Shown one piece after another: positions 28,584 through 34,732 of a DNA stretch of 34,732 nucleotides. The stretch spans positions 1 through 34,732 of the forward strand of contig JAEOTM010000115.1 in NCBI GenBank assembly GCA_016839815.1. Direction: 5' to 3'. This DNA comes from Candidatus Hodarchaeota archaeon (GTDB lineage: Archaea; Asgardarchaeota; Heimdallarchaeia; Hodarchaeales; Hodarchaeaceae). A program made the translations under genes and the position numbers. The first letter of the stretch is position 1, and every line of letters begins with the position of its first letter. Under the pieces are notes generated by a model that saw only the letters and a program-made list of their open reading frames with translations, was not told the DNA's origin and searched no databases.

Positions 28584-28952
28584 ATTGCTAAGGAGAAAAA
28601 ACGCTCGGGAATAGTCAACTGGATACGGGTTGCACGCGATGCCCAGGCCAAAAAGTTAACAGAGATTCAATCTGAGAAGAATCCGCAGGACTATGATGTA
28701 ATCGTAATAGGATCTCCTATCTGGGCTGGTAATCCAACACCAGCTCTTCGGACCTATCTGACAAAGCACGATTTGAAAGGGAAGAAAGTTACGTTTTTCA
28801 TTTGCTCAATTGTAAACAGATATGCTAATGTCTTTCCTCAACTCAAGGAAATGACTCCAGAATCAGAACATGCTGGCATTTTTACCGCATCACGATTCAG
28901 AAAAGGTGACCACGAACCCGAACTTAATGCACTTATTGAGAAGCTCAAATAA
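28584..28952 (+). pseudogene. 5'-truncated flavodoxin-family gene
   Basis: Not in the ORF track. Hand translation after TAG 28581: IAKEKKRSGIVNWIRVARDAQAKKLTEIQSEKNPQDYDVIVIGSPIWAGNPTPALRTYLTKHDLKGKKVTFFICS...IEKLK*. No upstream start, and the N-terminal YxSxTGNT FMN-binding loop is missing. Confidence 0.85.
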
Positions 28953-29033
28953 TACCCTTTTCAAGGAATTAGGAAGCATGAACTGAGAGATGGGTAGAGT
29001 TCAAGTTCCCCATTCGGTCATTTAGCAGCGAGT

Positions 29034-29063
29034 CTTTACCGATTGTGGTTGAGAAGAAGAACT
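29034..29063. repeat. 30-bp exact direct repeat, copy 1 (intergenic, 5 nt past LVIVD gene stop)
   Basis: CTTTACCGATTGTGGTTGAGAAGAAGAACT, identical to 31439-31468. Flanking bases differ on both sides. Confidence 0.95.
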
Positions 29064-29068
29064 CCAGT

Positions 29069-31816
29069 TTAAGTGTTTCTTGTTTTTCTTGAAAACACAA
29101 CGACAAAAGTGAAAATCACTATAACAACATTCCAGCTAGGACTAGAAGCAGAAGTTGTTGAGGAGAGAGTTGTTGTGGTACCTAGAGTTGTACTTGAGGT
29201 GGATTCAATATTTTGAATTGTAAAGGTGATAGAACTATATGCAATATTACCTGCAGTATCACTTCCATACGCATGAAGGGTGTAAGTACCGTCAACCAGA
29301 GTACGACTAACTGTGGTAGTCCATGTATGATTTTGATTATCAACAGATTCAATAAAATACCAGTAGTCATCTGCATCCCCTGTTATTGAAACAGAAATAG
29401 TGTTTGTAGAGTATATTTTCGAGGTAGGTGAAAGAATACTAAGACTAGGAGGGGTAGTGTCAATACTAAACGTAACATTGGTGTATGCGATATTACCAAA
29501 AGAATTGTTACTATATGCGTGGAGCACATAAGTCCCATCAAGAAGAGATCGCTGAACCGAGGTAATCCAGGTATGGTTTGAATTATCAATATTTTCTATT
29601 TTATACCAATAGTGCTCAGCTTCACCAGCTAGCTCAACAGAGATAGTCTCCGTAGTATAAGTTGTAGCAATAGGGGAAGTAATGAGTATTTCGGGACGAG
29701 GAGTAACGAGAACAGTAACGGTATCATTCACATCGTTCCCAGTTAGATCATAAGCAGTACAGGTATAGTTATGAGGACCGAGAGGAAGTCCATCAATAGA
29801 GATAGTTATTGGATCACCTTGCCAAGATCCTTCTGCAATCCAAGTGCCATCTTTATATACCTGAAATGATTCTGGTTCTGATGATAAGGGCGTCCAAGTG
29901 ATAATATGGCCAGAAGTACCAAAAGCATAATCCACATCAACAGGATGATTGATACTATCAACTAAAAAGCTCTGAATAGTTGAAGTATATCCCCACTCAT
30001 CATAGAGACTTTTTGTTCCTACTCGCCAAAACCATATCCCTGGAGTTAATTCTCGCATTTGTGGCGAGGGCCCCTCATACGTTACTGTATATGACGACTC
30101 AGTAATCAGTCCCTTTTCGCGAAGATCGGGGGAATCAAAGGTTGGAGATCGGTCTAGTTGAAGGTGATAATACTCCGCATCAGGAAAGCCTTCCCAAACA
30201 AGAGTAGGGGTATTATCAAATGTCATCCAACCTTCTAAAGGGGCAAGAAGTGTTGGCGGGTCCAACTGTGAAATATGATATTCGCAGGAGATTTTGGTAA
30301 TACGGGGTGTAGACTCAAGATAATCAGTCTGTAATATTGTCTTCCATCGTAGATCAAAACCTTCTTGAGAAAAGTAAAGCCATTCTCCTTGGCTAATAAT
30401 TTCCCAGTGAATTCCACCATCAGATGATAAAAAGAAATCAATTGAAGTACCGAAAGGAATTTCACACTCTAATTCCCAAAGGATTGCATACTCAAAAAAA
30501 ACGGATCCATACGTCGCAAACATAGTAGTTGACTGAGCTGTAGCAGAGGATTCGTAATATCCAGTATCAAAAATCTCAAAAATAAGTCCAAAAACATAAA
30601 TAGCATCTTTGTCCCTGAAGATTGATAAATATTCTTGAGGATGGGCACCAGATAGAGAAATAGTTGCGATTTGTATTGGATTGGACGGATTACGTAAATC
30701 AAATACCTGAAATCCGGCCTGGAAAGTATCACCATATACGATATATCCTTCTGTTTTATCAGCCCAATATGAATCCACCCAGACTGAATGAACTTTTTGG
30801 GGAGTTGAGTAGGTTGTAAGAAAAACTGGGTTCGTGGGAGAGCTTACATCAATTATGTGGAGTCCTTGATCTAGATCACAGAGATATGCATAATCTCCTG
30901 AAGAATCATCTACGACAAAAATTGTTGTAGGTTTACTTCCAATAGTGAAATTTGCTGAAAGCGTTAGGTGAGTTGGATCACTAATATCAAAAATATAGAA
31001 TCCTTGATAACCATCTGGAACGAAAAGATGGTTACTTAACAGAAATGTATCAATATTAAAATCAAAGCCTGTAAATTGAAAGGAAACCGGAATTCTAAAA
31101 CTAGATTCTAGAATCGGATCAGTGACATCAGTTATATTTATACTCATCATTGAATAGGAGGTATGTTCAAAGGCAGGATTAAAGTGATAAGCGAGGACAT
31201 ATACCCACTCTCCTTCAATATTAATGTCCGCCATAATAAAAAATTCAGAAGAAAAATCGGTTTGATTTGAAACCGAACCGATTGGGATAGGATTAAGCGG
31301 ATCAGCTACATCTAATATTGTAAAATAGCTTGTTAAGGTAAAATCCACTGAATCGATATAATAATTTGTTAAACACAGATAATCACCAAAAGATGTCATC
31401 TGATACTTAACATCTAGACTGAAATTCGTGTTAATCCACTTTACCGATTGTGGTTGAGAAGAAGAACTTATCTCTACTATTTCTAATCCACCCATGCTTT
31501 CTTCTTCAGTAAAAAAAGCGTATTTGTCACCCGCATGTTCTGTTATAGCAAAACTGTGTGCTGGTTCAAGGAGGTCTTCAGAACCTTCCTTTGAAAAACT
31601 TTTAGGTAAAGAAATTTCTCCAGAATGCTCTTCCCATCCTTTAACAGTAGTATTTCCAAAATCCGTATAGGTTGACGTTGTAAAATTTTCTGAAAAACTT
31701 GGATCAAACCCATTAACTTCTTGAATATTAGTAGGGAAACTCTCTCCTCCAATGGAGAGAATCAAAACTATTAATATGATAATGCCGATTACATCCCTCA
31801 CTCTCCTATTTTGCAT
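29069..31816 (-). CDS. Surface protein with LVIVD beta-propeller repeats, Ig-like domains, Ser/Thr linker and C-terminal anchor
   Basis: Signal peptide. Repeats GLEIVEIS, ILDVADPLNP, GFYIFDISDPT, GLHIIDVSSPTNP, GFQVFDLRNPSNP. Ig/FN3-like domains including a similar tandem pair. STSSTTLGTTTTLSSTTS linker, then SPSW + TM + RKTR. Confidence 0.88.
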   Translation of the reverse strand: MQNRRVRDVIGIIILIVLILSIGGESFPTNIQEVNGFDPSFSENFTTSTYTDFGNTTVKGWEEHSGEISLPKSFSKEGSEDLLEPAHSFAITEHAGDKYAFFTEEESMGGLEIVEISSSSQPQSVKWINTNFSLDVKYQMTSFGDYLCLTNYYIDSVDFTLTSYFTILDVADPLNPIPIGSVSNQTDFSSEFFIMADINIEGEWVYVLAYHFNPAFEHTSYSMMSINITDVTDPILESSFRIPVSFQFTGFDFNIDTFLLSNHLFVPDGYQGFYIFDISDPTHLTLSANFTIGSKPTTIFVVDDSSGDYAYLCDLDQGLHIIDVSSPTNPVFLTTYSTPQKVHSVWVDSYWADKTEGYIVYGDTFQAGFQVFDLRNPSNPIQIATISLSGAHPQEYLSIFRDKDAIYVFGLIFEIFDTGYYESSATAQSTTMFATYGSVFFEYAILWELECEIPFGTSIDFFLSSDGGIHWEIISQGEWLYFSQEGFDLRWKTILQTDYLESTPRITKISCEYHISQLDPPTLLAPLEGWMTFDNTPTLVWEGFPDAEYYHLQLDRSPTFDSPDLREKGLITESSYTVTYEGPSPQMRELTPGIWFWRVGTKSLYDEWGYTSTIQSFLVDSINHPVDVDYAFGTSGHIITWTPLSSEPESFQVYKDGTWIAEGSWQGDPITISIDGLPLGPHNYTCTAYDLTGNDVNDTVTVLVTPRPEILITSPIATTYTTETISVELAGEAEHYWYKIENIDNSNHTWITSVQRSLLDGTYVLHAYSNNSFGNIAYTNVTFSIDTTPPSLSILSPTSKIYSTNTISVSITGDADDYWYFIESVDNQNHTWTTTVSRTLVDGTYTLHAYGSDTAGNIAYSSITFTIQNIESTSSTTLGTTTTLSSTTSASSPSWNVVIVIFTFVVVFSRKTRNT
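31439..31468. repeat. 30-bp exact direct repeat, copy 2 (inside LVIVD CDS, codons SSSSQPQSVK)
   Basis: Identical to 29034-29063, 2405 bp away. Confidence 0.95.
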
Positions 31817-31821
31817 TCATC

Positions 31822-31870
31822 TCACCCAGTTTTCCCTAATCATGGATCAATAACTATTATAAATTTATCG
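31822..31870 (-). promoter_or_regulatory. Archaeal BRE/TATA promoter and RBS for the LVIVD gene
   Basis: Minus strand CGATAAA-TTTATAAT (31870-31856) about 40 nt upstream of the ATG, and GGTGA at 31826-31822. Confidence 0.55.
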
Positions 31871-31962
31871 AGTAAAAAGAGATACCACAATTATTATGAT
31901 AGATGATAAATTCATTACAATAGTTCTTGTTCTAATGAAAATTCCTTTTTTTTCTTTGTCGC

Positions 31963-32850
31963 TTATTTTTCTAAAAACGTCTTTAACAGCGGATTTACAA
32001 ATTCAGGATGGGTATATTGAGGGATATGCCCACCTCCAGTGATAGCATGAAATTCAATTTCCGGTACCGCTTCAATTACTTTTTTATGCGTATTAAATGG
32101 AAGATTCTGGTCAAGATCGCCCCAAAATAGCTGCATTGGTATTTTCTTACCGACTCTGGTATACACATCTCGTAAATTAGTGAAAGAAATATTCTTCAGT
32201 GTTGAGCGTAGAGCTTGCATGATCCCTTTATACTCGAATTGTTCCATGTACTTCTTCATGTATTTTTTAACGTTCGGATTTTGATGTTGGAAATCAGTTT
32301 GTTGCCCTTCTATCAACATTTCAGGACTGAAGAATCTCATTGTAAGTTGATTTAGAAGAGGTATACGAAGATAAAAGGGAAGAGTTCTGGAATCCGATGG
32401 AAAACCAATCGGAGAAATTAGAGTGAGTTTACTAACCATATTCATATAGTGATCCGCAAATGTCACACATATTCCTCCCCCTAAATTAAAACCAACGAGT
32501 GACAAATTATAATCGTGTATCTGGAGTCTCTCTAACAGCTTGTAAAGTTGATCCACTAGAAATTCTATAGTATACTTAGCTTTCGGACGATCAGAGAATC
32601 CCCGACCAAATAGATCATATCTCAAAACTCGGAAACCAGCATTAACAAGAGTTCTAAAGGTATGATCATAGACCAATAGCGGTGCTGTAAACCCAGGTAC
32701 TAAAATGACATTTTTACCATTTTCTGGCCCTTCTAATTCATAATAGACTTGTCCTCCAGAAATCTCAACAAATTTACCTGGAAGGGATTGTCTTTCAGAT
32801 GCCGTAAGAACTTTGGATTCATATTTAGTTGAGTTTAAATCGCTTCCCAT
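31963..32850 (-). CDS. Alpha/beta-hydrolase fold protein with non-canonical nucleophile elbow
   Basis: YDLFGRGFSDRP, LVGFNLGG, WGDLDQ (acid) and GGHIP (His). Confidence 0.9.
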   Translation of the reverse strand: MGSDLNSTKYESKVLTASERQSLPGKFVEISGGQVYYELEGPENGKNVILVPGFTAPLLVYDHTFRTLVNAGFRVLRYDLFGRGFSDRPKAKYTIEFLVDQLYKLLERLQIHDYNLSLVGFNLGGGICVTFADHYMNMVSKLTLISPIGFPSDSRTLPFYLRIPLLNQLTMRFFSPEMLIEGQQTDFQHQNPNVKKYMKKYMEQFEYKGIMQALRSTLKNISFTNLRDVYTRVGKKIPMQLFWGDLDQNLPFNTHKKVIEAVPEIEFHAITGGGHIPQYTHPEFVNPLLKTFLEK

Positions 32851-33147
32851 TATTTGGTCTCTCGACAGTTCTTGAAATCGTGGGTATTTTAGATAGAATA
32901 ATTTTGGGAATCACTATTCATTTCTAGAACGGATGATTTTTCAGACTTCAGTTATGTAATTACCGAAATAACAGAGGTCTCTAAGTTCAGTCGACTCCAA
33001 GGGATAGCTTAATAATTTTTGGTTGGTTTTACTCACTTCTTGTTCTCGATTCTGACATAGACGTCCATTTCCTAGAGATCCCCATAATTTTGGGGGATTT
33101 TCACAATAAGAAGTAGAAGATGAATCCACTTACTGCGATAGGTAAAC

Positions 33148-33872
33148 CTATTCGATTAATCCATGACTGAATTGGTTCATCGTAAAAGAACTCTCCGAAC
33201 CCTCCGCTATGATGGTACCGTTATTGATAATACCAATTCTGGTACAGAGTTGTTGGGCTAGGTTCATAATATGACTGGAAAACAAGATAGAACCCCCTTG
33301 TTGAATATGAAGTCGAAAAATTTCTTTCCAAATCACAGCGGATCGAGTATCCAGACCTGAAAGAGGTTCATCTAGTATTAAAAGTGGTGGCCTGTGTAAT
33401 AAAGCGGTAATAATTTCTATTTTCCTTTTATTACCCTTGCTGAGACTTGCAATCAATCAGGTATAATATTTTCTAGCATTTAATACCGTTAATAGATGAT
33501 CCAAGGTTTTATACGTAGACTCTGGATTAAGATTCCGTATTGAGGTGATAAAATCTAATAATTCCTTAACAGTCATCGATTCATATAACGAAGATTCTTC
33601 AGGAAGGTACCCAATCAGCTCCTTTACTTGAATCGGTGATTTTATTGGATCATATCCTGCAACCGAGATGTTTCCTGAGTCAATTTCCAATAAACCAAGT
33701 ATTGATTTAAGAGTTGTCATTTTTCCTGCCCCATTTGGTCCTAATAAGCCATAAATTTCACCAGTGAATACAGTAAAGGTAAGTTGATCTACTGCTGTTG
33801 TTTGGCCAAAGTTTTGACTAAATTATTCACTCTTAAGACCGTTTCATTTTTATGTTGTTTAAGATTTCTCAT
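33148..33872 (-). pseudogene. Decayed ABC exporter ATP-binding gene
   Basis: Start MRNLKQHKNETVLRVNNLVK at 33872 (GGTGA RBS). A 1-nt frameshift near 33812-33816 leads into FGQTTAVDQLTF...GPNGAGKMTT. In-frame TGA at 33457-33459, then LSKGNKRK, LILDEP, SSH. Homology appears to end after IIAEG. Confidence 0.9.
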
Positions 33873-33894
33873 TTATGTTTCACCATGGGAATTT

Positions 33895-34269
33895 TCATGT
33901 ACCCAATTGAAAGAGTTGTTGCATGGATTCTCTATACTTATCAAATGCTTTTCTTCCATCCTTTGTCAAACTGATATATGTTCTGGGCGTTTTTTTAGAA
34001 CTTTTCTTCTTTTTAACGAGTTCTTTCTTAAGTTCCACATAACCCACCTCTTGCAGTTTATCTAAATGTGAGGCTAATCTCCCCCAAGTGAATTCAGTTT
34101 GATTCTTTAAATATGTAAAATCTGTTTCTTCCAATGAGTATAAATAAGCAATGATCTTTAACCGAGATGGATCGTGTAAAGTTTTATCAATTTCATTAAT
34201 GGTATCCATATCAATTGGAATAGAGCTAGTTTTTTTCTTAGGCGTCATCATTATCTTCCTGTATGTCAA
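33895..34269 (-). CDS. Winged-HTH transcriptional regulator (ArsR/MarR-like, HTH_34 type)
   Basis: LHDPSRLKIIAYL...DFTYLK.......G.LASHLDKL...GYV...PRTYISLT..GR.AF. Real start may be a downstream Met. Confidence 0.88.
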   Translation of the reverse strand: MTYRKIMMTPKKKTSSIPIDMDTINEIDKTLHDPSRLKIIAYLYSLEETDFTYLKNQTEFTWGRLASHLDKLQEVGYVELKKELVKKKKSSKKTPRTYISLTKDGRKAFDKYRESMQQLFQLGT

Positions 34270-34732
34270 GCTGTTCAGAATCTTTAATTATTGGATATTT
34301 TTTTATGAATCTAACAAAAGTAATGAGTCCAATAATGATAGAAATGCTTCCTAATAGTAGTAGATAGATTGTGAAACCAAATTTGGCATTTGGGAAATTC
34401 AACCAGACTATTAACGATCCTAAACTAGTTGAAAATATTCCAATACTGTAATATATTCTTTGACCCGTTTTATCGACCAAATCAAGACTGGGACCAAACA
34501 TAATTAATCCAAAAACGATGGGTAGAAATCTATACCAGTTATCATAGTCGTAAAGTACTCTAGGGTCACCACCAGTAAATGCTATTAACAGAATAAGAAA
34601 TGCAATAATTATCCCAAATGTAAACAGAAGTATACCTGGAAGTAGTTTCTTAGGATCTTCCGTTTTTACTTTAAAATACCCAAGACGAGGATAGGTAAAA
34701 CGAGATTGCAATGATTTGTATAAATAGATAAA
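34238..34732 (-). CDS. Hypothetical membrane protein (5'-truncated by window edge)
   Basis: Frame open to the window end (FIYLYKSLQSRFTYPRLGY...), at least 4 TM segments, directly upstream of the wHTH regulator. Confidence 0.8.
   Translation of the reverse strand, partial: FIYLYKSLQSRFTYPRLGYFKVKTEDPKKLLPGILLFTFGIIIAFLILLIAFTGGDPRVLYDYDNWYRFLPIVFGLIMFGPSLDLVDKTGQRIYYSIGIFSTSLGSLIVWLNFPNAKFGFTIYLLLLGSISIIIGLITFVRFIKKYPIIKDSEQLDIQEDNDDA

Noticed and set aside
29034-31468. CRISPR array or DGR template/variable repeat explanation for the 30-bp repeat
   Set aside because: Only two copies, no repeat-spacer periodicity, no adenine-specific mismatches, and no cas or reverse transcriptase gene in the window.
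33457-33459. In-frame TGA as selenocysteine or programmed read-through
   Set aside because: The position is not a Cys/redox site, and the same gene has a frameshift and a truncated 3' end, so pseudogenisation is simpler.
349-34354. Numerous 60-112-aa ORFs overlapping longer genes (e.g. 349-582, 2452-2706, 7958-8287, 22200-22538, 33784-34065)
   Set aside because: They are antisense or alternate-frame shadows of well-supported CDSs with no recognisable motifs.
1-34732. Integrated mobile element or provirus
   Set aside because: No integrase, transposase, capsid or replication genes, and no terminal repeats bounding a gene block.

Overview
AT-rich archaeal chromosomal region, most likely from an Asgard archaeon (Heimdallarchaeia-like). 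The taxonomy is inferred from an archaeal-type HMG-CoA synthase, large secreted proteins built from ~90-aa Ig-like repeats with PGF-type C-terminal anchors, LRR and ankyrin proteins, and GGTGA/GGAG ribosome-binding sites. From left to right: an LRR / NIPA-like DMT / Fpg-Nei operon; an HMG-CoA synthase fused to a DUF35 Zn-ribbon/OB domain; a SAM methyltransferase; ilvE; an MPPED-type metallophosphoesterase; two co-transcribed giant surface proteins (1577 and 1543 aa); a membrane protein with a DnaJ C-terminal-like domain; a surface protein with TRAP-beta/DUF11-like domains downstream of an ABC exporter; small membrane proteins; a VAT-1-like quinone oxidoreductase; double-Zn-ribbon and ankyrin proteins; an unannotated flavodoxin remnant; an LVIVD surface protein; an alpha/beta-hydrolase lacking its nucleophile; and a decayed wHTH/ABC operon. 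No rRNA, intact tRNA, CRISPR array, integrase, transposase or reverse transcriptase was seen. The most striking unexplained signals are (i) an exact 30-bp copy of an internal stretch of the LVIVD gene placed 5 nt past its own stop codon beside a stem-loop, (ii) a short upstream ORF that is a synonymously diverged copy of the HMG-CoA synthase N-terminus, and (iii) a very cationic, Trp/Tyr-rich, two-Cys hairpin embedded in an otherwise acidic giant surface protein. All family calls are by motif recognition by eye; no database search was run.
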